NCBI GenBank assembly: GCA_965285935.1
Contig: OZ260665.1
Span: forward strand, 34,906,001 to 34,970,000
Origin: Ophelia neglecta
Lineage: Eukaryota
DNA length: 64,000 bases
Direction of reading: 5' to 3'
In this document: positions 1-13,160 of the stretch, in pieces
How the letters are laid out: each line of letters opens with the position of its first letter
Numbering within the stretch: position 1 is the first letter of the stretch
The notes under the pieces: model-generated
The model's database searches: none
What the model saw: the letters and a program-made list of their open reading frames with translations, nothing else
What the model was told of the DNA's origin: nothing
Translations under genes and position numbers: made by a program

Positions 1-3000
1 ATCGATGCAATTATTTGTGCAGTTCAGTCATAACACTTATGAAACTTTGAAATCAAGAAAAAAAATCAGTCAATAATCATACATGCCTTCCATACAACTA
101 GGTAGATGCACGTCAATTTCTCTGACAACTTGACAAGATTTTTCTATTGCGCAATCAATCAAATTTAGATCACAATGCATCACGGTATTCGGTTTACTTC
201 CGCTGCGCGGAGTGATAGGGATTCGAGATGGTGCGAGTTGCTATCGGCCAGTCTTCATGCTGTACACTGGTTGATTATAACCTGCTATCAGACTGATAAT
301 GGAAAAGCTTCCTCCGCATCCAAGGCTGTCATCAGCTATTGTTAACCTATCAGATCAGTAGCCGTTCTCTTTGTCAGGGCACTCAACCTCATTTCAAGCT
401 CTCTGATTATCGCTTTTGTGAGCAATCTAATAGTAGAAATGGCTTGTCTTTGATCTGTAACAGTGTTTCAATTCAGATTGAGGTTACATGCCACTTTATG
501 AAAAAATACTTGAACTTCGAATTCAACCTATTAACCTTGTAAATAATACCATGGGCAGAGAGTTTCTGGAAGCCACGTCATCGTTGTCTCGGCTTGTTCG
601 CCATGCATGAAATTTAGGAATTATGGCTATATTGTTGTTGAGGAGAAATGACATAAACCCACAAGGAACACGCTGTTTGCTATAAAATAAGTGGTGTTAC
701 AAACCCTCAGTCTGTCTCAAGTACGGAACTCGTCATGTTGCCAGTGGGCTAGATAGATAATAACCTACGAACGCTCAAGAACGGAGCAAGTGCAACTTCT
801 AAAATCCTCTTCCCATGCTTCTTTAGAGAAGTTGAGGATTATCAGGTCTAGAATAATCCTTGTCTACCCAATTCAAATCTTCCTTGCAATCCCTAATCAT
901 TGGAAAAAGTTGAGAGGTTGTGTTTAGTGGAATCGAGTCGAGCTGTGTCTATTTTGCATAACAGGGGTTGCATAACGATTACAAGACATTTGAGCCACTT
1001 AAAACTGCTAGGCTTTCAGGGATATGTGACGAATTTCGACTGATGGAATCTAATCCGTGTGCACTGAAATATGCGAAGACTATCCTCTGCCTGAACAAGG
1101 GCTACGAAAAGAAATCAACATAATAGGGAAAAAGGTGGCAGCACAATGTCTTAGAGCATTGTCAATGTACGTGACACGTCCAGCTATACATTAAACGTGA
1201 ATTTATTGCTTAGTAGAAAAATTGATCTGCATAGGCAAATGGTTCTAGTTAAGAAGCAAAAAGTCGTACGCAGCATCCCAGTTTAAACATACTAGTTAAC
1301 TTATTGATATAAGGGCCCTTGCGTAAGAAACAAAATAAAGTCCATTTAGGGTGGTACGTGAATGTTATTTGCATACACCGTTTACATTTTGTAGCAATGC
1401 CCATGACCTGTCAATTTTTATTCATAGTTTATAGAAATTATGGTAACAGGGCACAAAAAAATCTAATCAATTGATTGAATGAAAACCATAAACGGCTCAT
1501 CAAAGCCTTTACCTAATTTCCTCAATAAGGGTTCGATTTCAAAACGCCACTAATGGTTTTACATAACCAGGATATTTCAGACGCTGGTTGACGTCTGATT
1601 TGAAGATGATAAGAATTCACCAATTAACCTGTCAAATGCAGGTCGATTGGTGAACCCTGAAGCAATTGTAGGTAGAGGAGTCACTTAGAAACGTACCATC
1701 TAATAGCGTGTATGCAAGAGCAATTTTTGATGTTAGCGCCATCTGGCGAGAAAAGGAAAACCGTCCTACATGATTGGATACTTTGGTAGGCAAGAATATA
1801 AGGCTGCCATTATTTCCTGCTGCCATGCTCTCTTGTCACTGTCTTTGTGTGCGCAAATCACCGCTGCATTGAGACGGCATGTATGCTTTGTCCGGGGAAG
1901 TGACAAACATATGTATCTCCAACCTGGTGTTTCCTAACCGGGTTCCAAAAGTTCATTTTTAATTCTTATTGTGGCTGAAAACATGCCCGCCTAACATTAC
2001 CATGGCACCCGATGTCTGGTTCCTATAAGGGTCGACTTAGAATATCAAGTTTGTCACTTTGGTTATCTCTTTCACAAATACTGCTCTTTAAATTGGGGTT
2101 TAAAAAGAAGTTCCAATTACATAGCCTAACTGGCAAAGTTCTCTACATTAGGTGACATGTTCGTTATTTCAAAACTTCTATAAATGCATTAAATATAAAA
2201 AATAAAGTCGGTCGTCTTGTACGAACATCATGAAGATACAAACAGAAAGTGTTGACATCTTTTTCATTAACAAAACTTAATTGTTCTCCTCAAAGAATAT
2301 TGTTTTTTGAATATTCACACCACATATTTTATTAGTACAGGGGCTCCATCAAAGAGACGTTGGTAGATATTTTAGCACCATAAGAGCAATTTAAGTATCG
2401 CCAGGCGACCGGTCATCTACGTAGTGATCATTTGATTTAGAACCAATGTGTTTTTAACAAGCCTCAAGGAAAACAAGAGATAAAGCGAGTGTTTTAACAA
2501 TATTGCAATTTTAAATAAAAAAAACCGCCCCCTCAATCAGGGGAACCATTGTCAACGGCGACAAGTTATGAGTCTTTAGCTTTCCAATTAAATAATAGAG
2601 CAAATTAAGTGCCACATTATGTTTACCTCTTGTAACTGATGTGTTTTTTGGCATCCCAAATCCAGAACGAGGTCAGGTGGTGTCATTAACCTTACAGCGC
2701 TCAAGGTCGACCATTTTGACAGAGCGTTATCTATCATGATTGTGTCTGAACATTTTTTTTGCTAAAGAAAAGTATTCTGATAAACGTATAGGCTACCCTT
2801 TTTAAAGACAATCCTGTTGTCATTTTTGGCCTATTAGCAACAGGTACACACATGGAAACAGTCTTAACAGTTTCTTGTGCCGCCAAGCCAATAAAACCAC
2901 ATAATCAATTGAATCGTGAGTGTTTCAGTTTTTTTCACTGCAATAACATGCTTCTCAACATCAAAACTTTTTTCACCTTATAAGGTTTTGTTTTATCGAC

Positions 3001-5593
3001 AAAATTCATTGACACAATGCAAAATATGGGGAAGCAGAGAGACGCCGGCCCCCTGGGACAAAACACCACTGATGGAACACTAACTGAGAAACCGCGGAAC
3101 AAAGGTATAAAAATTGAAGATCAATAACCAGTAAAATGGTTCCCAATAGTTTGCAATGTAAATTACGACGCAATGCTGCCGTTATTACTATTCGATTGGC
3201 AAATATGATGTCAATATTGATTCAGTGAGAAGAAGGAGTCTTGCGCCACACTTTTTACGGCCTTTTCAATGCGTAGTTTTACACGGCACACAGTACTACT
3301 GATCATATTTCCCACTCATTACACGTACTAACACCTCATACGAATGGAACAAAACCTTAGATAATTTTTAGCACCTCCGACTCAGTTGAGAATTAAGTAA
3401 CTCGTTATCGACTTAAATACATGGTCCCTATACCAATCGAGCTGGCATTCAAATAGATTACGTCAGTGGAACTCGACTAGAGAAAACCGATAAAACGAAA
3501 ACCAAACTCACTTCCGAAGCATGCGCAAAATAAGAATGTACAATCGCGCATAATGTATAACAAGAACTGTCATCCTTTCAAACATGGCTTTTTTTCTCAA
3601 CAAACTACAGGGAAAGTGTGCCCGAAGCATAGCGGCTGGGTCTGGTGTATGTTATGATAGATATAACAGGAATCTCCTGGTCATTTCTGATGGCTGATCA
3701 TTCAAGGAAGTCGATAAAGGTTCGACAAGGGTTTATGTTTCCCAAGCCTTACAGTCAGACTCTCATTTCCACCAATATTCCGAGCGTGGTCACCATTCTC
3801 ATAAGATTATATTATGTAGGCCAATAAACCCTGGTTTCGGAGATTTCGAGAAAGGGACGTTCCTATCATGTAAAGAGATAACTCAAATCCACAAGGTTTG
3901 GTTGCATGTAAATTTCCTTAAGTTATTATACTAACTGACTTTAATACAAGTTGCAAAAGGCGCTTCTGAAAAGCGGAAATGTTCAAGAGAATTAATACCT
4001 GCAGCTCCACTCACAGCTGGCTTTATGAATGAATACTAGAATGACGTTAGATAGCCCATTTCCATCCGTGCCCTCAACCACGGCAAGCACTTAGTTCCTT
4101 TAGGCAACACTAAATGGCCACACATCTCTACGCCCACTCCCCCCCCCCCCGCCACCTCATTTTTTATTAACCCCGTATATACGCCCGTTCACCCGACAAG
4201 CCTCATCTTCAGATCCATTCTCTTTACAGCCACCCCCCCCCCTCCGCCCCTCCCCCGCACATACATTCACACACATCCTCTAAGCGATCCAATCACCTTA
4301 TTTGGAACTTAAGTTTTCACATACACCCACAGTGGCTTCCTGCCTAAACTTACTCCCACCCTGCAAAGGAATGCACACCTTCATAATTCTGGAAGGTTCC
4401 CTACTCCTTGTTCTTTGATTACACACTTATAAACGTTGACTTTCGATTAAATTTTGGGGACTAATCACTTTTATTTTTATGCAGGTTTCGTCTCATAGAA
4501 AAGACAGTCGCGCACTGTGACATCAACTAATCATGGGCTAGTGGGAAGCCGTTTGGAGCTATCTACTTAAACGGTAAATATACATACAAAATGAGACAAA
4601 ACCCAGTCCTTTTTATAACCGAGCACTATAAAATCAGGTGAATTCATGGCCGGCACCATAAAGTAGGAATGCCAGACGTACACATTGCTGTGTTTATTTC
4701 TCCGGCTTTCATTCTTTCAGGCGCTAGTTTTTACAATTTATGAGATGAATTGGCGTACTCGATAAAAACCAAGTCCACATTTCTATTGCGTTCAAAACAT
4801 AACAGTCATGCTTCTTGTTGAAAATGAGTACTTCAGTCAACGGCCCAGTATAAACCTTTATCATTTAAAGCTGTCTGTAGGTTTGGGGAACATTTTGCCT
4901 TTTACTTTTATCAAATCCTATAGCTATAGTAACTCGTCCAGTGCAGAATCCGACCTAATTTTACTCATCTGATTGTGAGAGTATTACCAAAACAAGGTTA
5001 ATTGGCTCAACTGAAACAAAATGAGTACAGTGGTAATATATATAGCCAATAAGAGAACGGCCAGAGCGATCGAGGTGGCTTACCGCAGCTCACAATTTAC
5101 TTAATCTATAGCTTATAACCTTTGTTAGTGATCTCACTGGGTCCTTTGACTGGGGAGGTGAGGCCAAATTAGGAAAAAGGAAGTATTAAACTTCCAGTCA
5201 TGGTTACGCAGTATCGATTTACAAGAAACTGAAAGCACTCTTGGATTAAATGAAACTAAGTACGGTTCTGGTAGAGAAACGCCCAATGAAGTCAAGTTCT
5301 GGCCATGGCGGCTAGCTATTGATTTACAGAACCTTGAAGAAATCTCACAGGGGCAATCAGCTTTGAACGCAAAACGCCCAGGCAAGACCTACATGTACTA
5401 CAATGTTAACTCTACCCAGCCGATTAATTTCCTACTTTTCTAACTCTATAGTGTAAATTCGTTGTTTATTTTGCTTTGAATTGATACCAAATTAAGTTAT
5501 TGCTTGCACTTAAAATCTCTTATTACTGTTTGTGAGTACTGTAGGTCTACTTGAATGTTACTGAGCCGCTGCATTCAAACCAATGGTTCTTAC

Positions 5594-5775
5594 CTGAGCG
5601 TAATGCCATCCCCGAGGTGTGTGGGGCGAGGGGTGGTGTGGATCTCTATTCCCGGGGGTGGCCCTAGGGGGGTCTGTGGCGTGTTTAACCCCGGGGCCAC
5701 CTTGGCAGACGAACAACAGCCGTCCATGATGGAATTGAACAGACTGAGCTTACGTGGCGCGATCTGAAAGGCCAT
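5594..5775 (-). CDS. Candidate alternative first coding exon A of an unidentified multi-exon gene (MAFQIAPRKLSLFNSIMDGCCSSAKVAPGLNTPQTPLGPPPGIEIHTTPRPTHLGDGITL+AG|, phase 2)
   Basis: ATG in strong context (gccataATGG). 182 nt open (60 codons + 2 nt) ending at a strong donor CAG|GTAAGA (GT at 5593-5592). Locally GC-rich, with a GC-rich putative 5'UTR running back to a TCTCGCGAGA motif at 6317. Confidence 0.55.
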
Positions 5776-6316
5776 TATGGCACCCAAAAGCGGTAGTTTG
5801 GCAAAAATGTTTTACGAGTAGTTGGCACAGATCAGGCGTCGCATGGCTGCCCCTTCCGACAGTCTCCCACCGATCTCAAGCCGACTCAGAAGCCTGCATC
5901 AGTCCAACTCTACAGGACTCAGGTTAACCCTTGTCCTTCCAAAGTCGACTTGGCACAATCGGACATTCCCCGGGTCAAGCTCAAAGCACCGCCATTGAGA
6001 GTTAAACAGCTTGACCCTTTACTGGTGGGTCGTTGGTGAAAAGTTCATACAACTTTATCTATTTCTTCCGTTTTAGATTTGAGCGAAACTTTGCTATATC
6101 CCACTCTAAATGTTCATCCAGTCCAACCAGTCGGCGGGATTCGTGTCTCGGGGGAGGAGCTGTCAGCGGCAATAAACTTCCAATGTGGGTCCAAATACTG
6201 GCGATGTTAATGGCTTGCGTTAAAGCCACAATTCTCCCAAACAAGCACCGCAGAAAATTACTTCTCCCGAGCAACAATTTACTAATCTTACTATGCTCGT
6301 AAAACTGCGTGACAGA

Positions 6317-6326
6317 TCTCGCGAGA
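6317..6326. promoter_or_regulatory. TCTCGCGAGA palindrome (CGCG/BANP-type promoter element)
   Basis: Exact 10-bp palindrome about 550 bp upstream of the exon A ATG. The motif is an established vertebrate CpG-island promoter element; function in this organism is inferred. Confidence 0.4.
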
Positions 6327-8393
6327 AACCGCTTTGCTTGTAAGCCTACTTTGGTTCAGGATACAGGCATTCCTCAATTCGACATATTGGCTTCTGTTCA
6401 TGCCATATGGCCTTTTTTCGATAATTCAGTATGTTGAACATTCTGATTTTCTATTCATCCATGGTCATGTTAAGGCATGAGGGGCTGTGTAAATTCCTTG
6501 CTTGTATTCATTTTGTTCCATTATCGGTAGAAGCTTCCGCTGCTAGTTTCATGCTAAAACGTCCTACAAATTGCCACACAAGGTCTTCCGGTTAAACAAA
6601 ATACTAACTTGTGTCATTTCGAGCTAGGAGAGAGAGCAGTAACTGTCAACCGCAAGGATGAAACTCTGCTTCTAGATCCAGCAATAATTGTCCTGCCAGA
6701 GCTGAAGACAGGTATCTCGTGGGCACGTTACACGAGCGTGCATGGCACGCCGCAGCTCATTGAGTTCCAATCACTTTCCAGGCGATCGTTCTGGTCTTTA
6801 ATGTAGATAACTACATTAACGAGTATAAAGGTTGGCACTGTATTAATTTCCTTTGTACTATGAATCGCAGTTATCGCATTCTTCTCTCTCTTCGAACTGA
6901 TCGGCACGAGATCCCCGCGGTCGATTTCTTCCAGGCTCATTCCAATTCTCCCGGCATTTTTATGCCGTGCAACCACACGCTCTCCGACTTTACAAACATT
7001 TTCCGTGATGTCTGTGAAGTGGTTTACCCTCTTTGTCACCAGAACGCCTGTGATACAAGGAATTCAAATGTGTTGTGGCACTTTCTCTTAACCAGGCACT
7101 ATTCTCTGCTAAAATTGTCCAATAGGTAAGACCAACCCAAAATGACAAAATTTAGCTAGGCACATGAATTCAGCTCCAAAACAGAGCTTACACGAATTTC
7201 CCATTAACAGCGGTATAGCAATATTAATTACATCTCAATGTTTCTGTGGCAGCCATTCATTGAAATGCAATTATCAATGCTTACGCAATCGCCAAGTTTT
7301 ACCAGTGTATTCTACTTTTTTCTCTCACAATTTCATTCTTTTTGTGTGGGTCGTATAAATAACTGCATACGTCTCGAAAGCATGTTATAGATGCTTTTGG
7401 AATCATTCAAAATTACAAGTCTAACTCTTGGCTTGTTATTTTCTGAGATTTAGTTGGCGACCAATTCCCATGGGGAACGTTGGACAACAGTTGAAATTGC
7501 TTGGCTCTATTTCAGTTATTCAACTAGAACTGAGATCAGATAAGGAAGATAAACGTAACGAAGAGTAAATATCCTTGGGATAAATGACCTCTAAACTATC
7601 AATTCCATTATTTCTATGCCGCTCGATACCTCGTCAGCAGATGTACATTTGGCCTTTAGATAATGTCACCCAGTCGGGCATTACAAGTGAGCACGTGGAC
7701 GGAAACAGAAGAAGTGCGACCTAGTTTTCTACCGTGTCTAGCTTCTGTATCATTCCATACAAGTCCTCATAGATTAGAACGCCGCGGAGCTTTCAATGTC
7801 AATGCTTATTCCGCCGAATTTACACAAAGTTGTCTTGAGGATAAATAAGCCCCATGCCGGCGCTGAAGCCCTCGCGGAGCAGACGGCAAACAAGTCGACT
7901 CGAGCTGAAAAGCAACAATTGTCATGAGATGTGCTTTGAAAGGCACCTTATTATCGACGCGCCCCAGCGAGTCCAAGTTTCATTCACACCATAGAGGCTG
8001 CCCGACCCCGCCTGTGTAGTGGAGGACACGGCTGGTGAGCAGACATAGAGCAGGCCGTGGGAACATGACTAAAAAACAACGCTTAGTCCTGTCTGCTTGT
8101 GTTACATGGATTATATTAAATGGCCACCGTGATCCACACAAGACCGAGTTCCGAAAGCAATGTGGACCCAATAAATAAGGACAAGGCACGACGTACGGCA
8201 AATCACGTCATCAGTTACAATTCCGCGTGTTATCGCGTGACTTTGTTGACGGTCAAGAGAGCAGTTTTATTTCGAAGGTCATATTGGGATCGGCGGGATA
8301 AAGATTTGACATGTTCACGCCAATTGACTATTCTTTGACCCATTTTAGCCTCTTTCAGTGGTGCCAACTAAAAGACTAATTTTTTTTATCAGG

Positions 8394-8430
8394 CACCCCA
8401 CCCCCCAATGAAATATTGGGGGGTGGGGTG
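8394..8430. repeat. Perfect 16-bp inverted repeat with 5-nt loop
   Basis: caccccaccccccaat (8394-8409), gaaat, then attggggggtggggtg (8415-8430). Confidence 0.9.
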
Positions 8431-8841
8431 GGGGGGGTAAGCCGCTATTGTTATGCTTTTCGATTGCAAAAAAAAATTCTTGTATTATTCTTCAAAACTC
8501 AACCTTTTCGGAAGCCCACCGATGTCGCTGAATAATTCGCTTAACTCATTTTTTTAATATTGTGCACGACTTTTAAAGAAATCACTGGCGATAGAACTTA
8601 TGATAATGAGCACGACACTGACAAATTTACTTAAGCCTAGGATTCACAGCCCAAATTTCCAATATACCTTAAGATGCTTTCACAAAATAAAAATAAAATG
8701 AGCGAGTCAGCCCCTATTTCGAGAGTTCGGTTTTAATAGCGCTTGTGTTAGGACCCCAAAATGAAGAGTGTTTTTTTTTTCAGGAGAAATTCGCCGACTA
8801 AAAACCCTGTTTGCTGCTTTACCATTGCTCTGGGCGTACGA

Positions 8842-9099
8842 TAGGGGAGCATGGGGCAAAACGCCCACCCTCAGCATTTGACCTCATTTGACGGGAAACA
8901 GGAAATCGAACGATAACCATGTTTTTACTTGTAAGTAGCCTGGCACTGATGTTTACTAAGTGACACTACTTTACAGTGATTGGAGCAATAACTATTTAAG
9001 ATAATTGAACTTAGGGAAAATTGTGTAGCCAGGGTGGATTTTTGCCCCATAAATATAACCCGGGGAAAGAAACCCACGTGTTATGGGGCATAACGCCCC
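8842..9099. mobile_element. Probable DNA-transposon end remnant with repeated subterminal motif
   Basis: atggggcaaaacgcccaccct (8851-8871), an inverted copy agggtggatttttgccccat (9031-9050) and a direct copy atggggcataacgcccc (9083-9099). No partner terminus or TSD found. Confidence 0.4.
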
Positions 9100-10008
9100 T
9101 TAATTACGCATGTTGACCCTGTCATGAAGGGAAGCAGCAAATGTTTCCATTAACCAAAATAATTTGAGGCGTTTAGTTAATTTTTTCTAAATAAAAGTCA
9201 CCAACCAATAGGATATTATATGTATGCTTGTCTCCTAGGTTATATATACCTGTAATGCATGCGCACGATTTTCGTCTCCTTAAGTCAATTCTCGCTATAA
9301 GATCTAGTATTTATAACTGAGAACTGGTATATAGTATGCTGGTTTGCCCAGTCTTAGCTAGACAAACAAATCGGAGCCTAGGATTTAGAAAAAAAAACGA
9401 ACAAAGTTCACCAATTTCAGGAGAAGACGCTTGAAAAGGCCTCAAACGTTAAAAAGACATGCTGAAGCCTGCCATGTCACGTGGGTACATGTATTCAATT
9501 ATTTCGTTGACGGATCATGTACAAAATACTGTTGTTAGCTATATTTAAATATGTATTCATTCTGCTTAATCAAGTGACTGGAATGTGACGAAAGTTTTGT
9601 TGCGTGATATTTGCGTAAAGCTCAGTCATATGTTTTTGTTAACAAATCCCACCTGGAAGCCAAAGACATGCACATAATCATATCAAAGTTCGTTGACTTC
9701 TGGTCAAAACATGCCACGGTCGAGGAAGTAAGCTGAAAAGAGGAGTTCCGTTGTAATCAGTCTAAAAGGATCTGCATTAGTGCCAGAAATCGATGTGGTA
9801 AATAATAGATAATTCTAAATGCAGTCTGAGCATAATTTCGGAATGAAAGAAATAAATCCAAGATCAAACATACGATGTAAAACGTAGAGTTGTACAACAT
9901 TAATGGGAAAAGCCCTATCTAAAAAATCTATTGCTTTGTGAATGAAGTTGGTCACAAAACACGGGACTGCTTTGTATATATTGAGCAGAGTCAGGGGCGG
10001 CTCCCAAA

Positions 10009-10080
10009 GGTAAAGTAGAAAACCAAAGTAGAAAAGGTAAAGTAGAAAACAATAGTAGAAATGGTAAAGTAGAAAACAAT
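10009..10080 (+). repeat. 27-bp tandem repeat, about 2.7 copies (ggtaaagtagaaaac-aa(t/a)gtagaaa)
   Basis: Units start at 10009, 10036 and 10063. Confidence 0.85.
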
Positions 10081-13068
10081 CTCTACCAGAGCCAGCACCT
10101 TATCAGATCGATGCTGAGCGTAGGCGTTCGCTCTTTTGTTTTCATACCAATGCATATGTGTTCTGTTTATATAACAAACTATTAAATTGGCAAAGAAAAA
10201 AGGAACTCGTTGTTTTATTGGTTCACCGGGTTTATTTCAGGGTTTATATCGACTTTATTGAATTTGCATCCCACACAGTTCAAGGTCGAGGATAGTCTGA
10301 ACTCCACACAAGTTAATAAAAAAGTCGGAAGTTTAGAATCACGCCACAGATAACGTTTCCTGGCCTAAGGACACATCATAACGAACGGTAACATGGCTTT
10401 GCCTGTTGTCCATTCTGCGATAACTGCTCGTTTAGTTCTGTCGAATTCCAACCGGAAGACGAACGCGGCAAGGGCGATCGATTTAATTGGAGCAAATTTT
10501 GTATCTGCCGCCATGAAAGGAAGTGCGTTGCATGACCTACCAGAGGTGAACAGCTATTCGACTATCATCGAACATAAGGGGGTTAATAGAAAGGGAGAAA
10601 TGGGCTAGGCTGCTGAGTTATAGCAATGTGGCCTAAAAGGGAACTGCCGCAAACAACAAAGTTGACCGATTTATGATAGCATTTTATTTATAGAATTGAT
10701 CCCAATTTAAAGGGTATTGGCACGATATCCCAAGTTCTAGAGGCATGTGTACAGCCACAAAAATTCACAGGTACGAATGAAATAATGCTTCGTATTCTGG
10801 GCAATTGATTTTAAACCACTAAAACATTCGAAAGGACAGGTGTCATTCTAAATTGGTAATCTAGGTCATTCTGCTGAATAAATCATAAGTTATGATTATG
10901 AACTATAGCCCTCTTATACATCTGCACAATAAGACGAACCATTGTCAGAATTAGATAAAAAGGCAAATGCGCAAATTCAAAGAACATTGGTTGAATAAAA
11001 TTGCAACCAATTCAAAATCAACCTTCCACTGAAACTTAATGATTCGCTGTGAATACTATCCACGTTAGCACTGCCGTAGTACATTCATGATGCTTAGTAT
11101 GAAAATTGAAAATTAAAACGCCCCAGTAATTACTGTACAGAGGCAGGTCATCAAACTGTGGACACGTTTTCTTTCTTGTTTTCTTGGATAATAAACTCCC
11201 TATGTGTCTAAGAAGAGATTTTAATTAGCCACCATTTGTAGGTTATAGCTCTCTAGTAATAATTGTGACTTGTGAGTGGACCAGTGCTGTGATTTTGTTG
11301 TTTTTTCGTTGATAAGGTAGCCTATGGGAGTTAGTATATGGACGATCACCATCCCATTACTGACCTATTTATTGCTATGAATTATTTGCATTTGCATTCG
11401 ACCTCTTTAAAATTGCCTTATTTCAGTAATAACGTTGAAGCATTCCACTTATGTGTCCGTTGGCTGACATTAACTTCAAGTCAGAATGGACATTTGCATT
11501 TGCAATTCTACCATTGCCGAAGCTTTCTACTCATCTACCACAGATATCATATTTCATTTTTTGAAGGGGCGATCTAAGCGGGAATGGTAAGGCAAGTTAT
11601 TGCACGTCATTGGGTAGTGTACTTTATCTAACATCAAATATAGTGATATCCCGCCTGGGAAAGTGAACCTAACATTTAACGTATAAGTTCATTGTGGATG
11701 TACCAGTAGACTAATTTTATCGAAAAGTGATGCCAAAGGTAAGGTTAGGCATCCATTCTAGTATTGGTCAGAGGTACCAAACTGTCCCCTAATCCAAGCG
11801 CGGTGCTTGTATCTAGCCTGTAGTATTTCATCAATCCCTCTGACTATTAATAAATGTCAAATATTACATATTTTCATGCTTTATTTCTAAGGTAAAACCA
11901 TCTAAGAAGTAGCAATAGCATTTGCCTTATCAGACATATTAATGTTTAAGATAATCAGATAGCAACAGATCTAAACAGGGTAGGCAAACATTTTTCAACT
12001 TGGAAAAAAATTGCCATTAGTTATTATATAAAAAAAATGTAGAGAAAAAACAAGATTATGTTAATTATTCAATTTCCAAGAATTTGTACACAGTTCTGCG
12101 TACAATATAATATTGAACATCCTTCCATATTTTGGCTGCCAAATTAATTTTTTAGGTCGCACACTTTGCTTCTTGCATTTGAGTGGCAATGTGTTCTCAA
12201 GTATATTTGATATTAGATAAAGTACACTGATAAATTAAGGCAACTGTATCAATCATACACGAGTAGGTTTTCCGTCCCGTACCTGTGTCAGTGTTTACCA
12301 CTGGATCTCGAGCCAACTGGCGGGAAGGTCAACAATAAAAGCGTCCCTTTTTCAAGGAATCCCCTGGAATGTCTTTCGGGTGTTTGTGGACCCCATAAAG
12401 ATCGAGCTGCGTACCAGCCTCTACTAACTCAAATATATATAGACCACTGGCTTTCATTAGTTGATTTTCAAACCAAAAGCAAGAAAATATTTAAAGTATG
12501 CGCGAGGGGTCCAACAAGACACCAGTTGGGCCTCATGATGGCAGACTCTTTTGCTTCTAATTGTGATTAATTGAGGAAGGAACCTTTTCATGTTTTTGGG
12601 CTTGGTATGTAATATAACTTTTCCTGGCATAAACCTTTACTTTTAGTATTCAAATCATCGTAGTAAAAGCGTTCCAAGTCAGAGTTTTTGGTTCCTATTT
12701 GAATTATTTCCATTCTATCCCCATCCGATGACAATGTTCTAATAAAGAGAACCATTGTTTAATGAATGCGACTTGGTAAGATATACTGCAAAACCTGATA
12801 CTACTTTGCAGATACAAGACACAAGACGTATTTCCCTTTTATCTCATGGCAACAGTGCCATATAGATCCAAAATAGTAGCATTTTTGGAGGCATTGCACT
12901 GCAGACTAACTTAACGTGTTTGGGGTTTTACATGGCTTTCAACATTAATCTGGTTATATTGCCAAATTAACGTGGGACTGCGATAGAAAAAACAAAGATG
13001 TATTGCCTAACTCTCATTTAAAGAAAAAATAGTATATGGCCACAGGTTGCTTTAGGAACTTTAATCAC

Positions 13069-13160
13069 CATCCTTTGAAATTTTCTCTCCAATGTTGTTC
13101 TTGGAAAACGACGATTTGTACGGCAGATTGACAGCATAACGTCTTATCGAAACATTGCAT
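13069..13160 (-). CDS. Weak candidate phase-2 first exon (MQCFDKTLCCQSAVQIVVFQEQHWRENFKG+TG|)
   Basis: acaacATG context. 92 nt open, preceded by about 280 nt of GC-richer sequence. The donor TG|GTGATT is weak. Confidence 0.15.

Noticed and set aside
345-455. Minus frame DQRQAISTIRLLTKAIIRELEMRLSALTKRTATDLI as the shared constant exon
   Set aside because: The acceptor would be phase 1 rather than 2, the donor (GTTAAC) is poor, and I recognise no homology.
5134-5385. 83-aa minus ORF ending at CA|GTGAGA
   Set aside because: No in-frame ATG, weak acceptors and a random-looking peptide.
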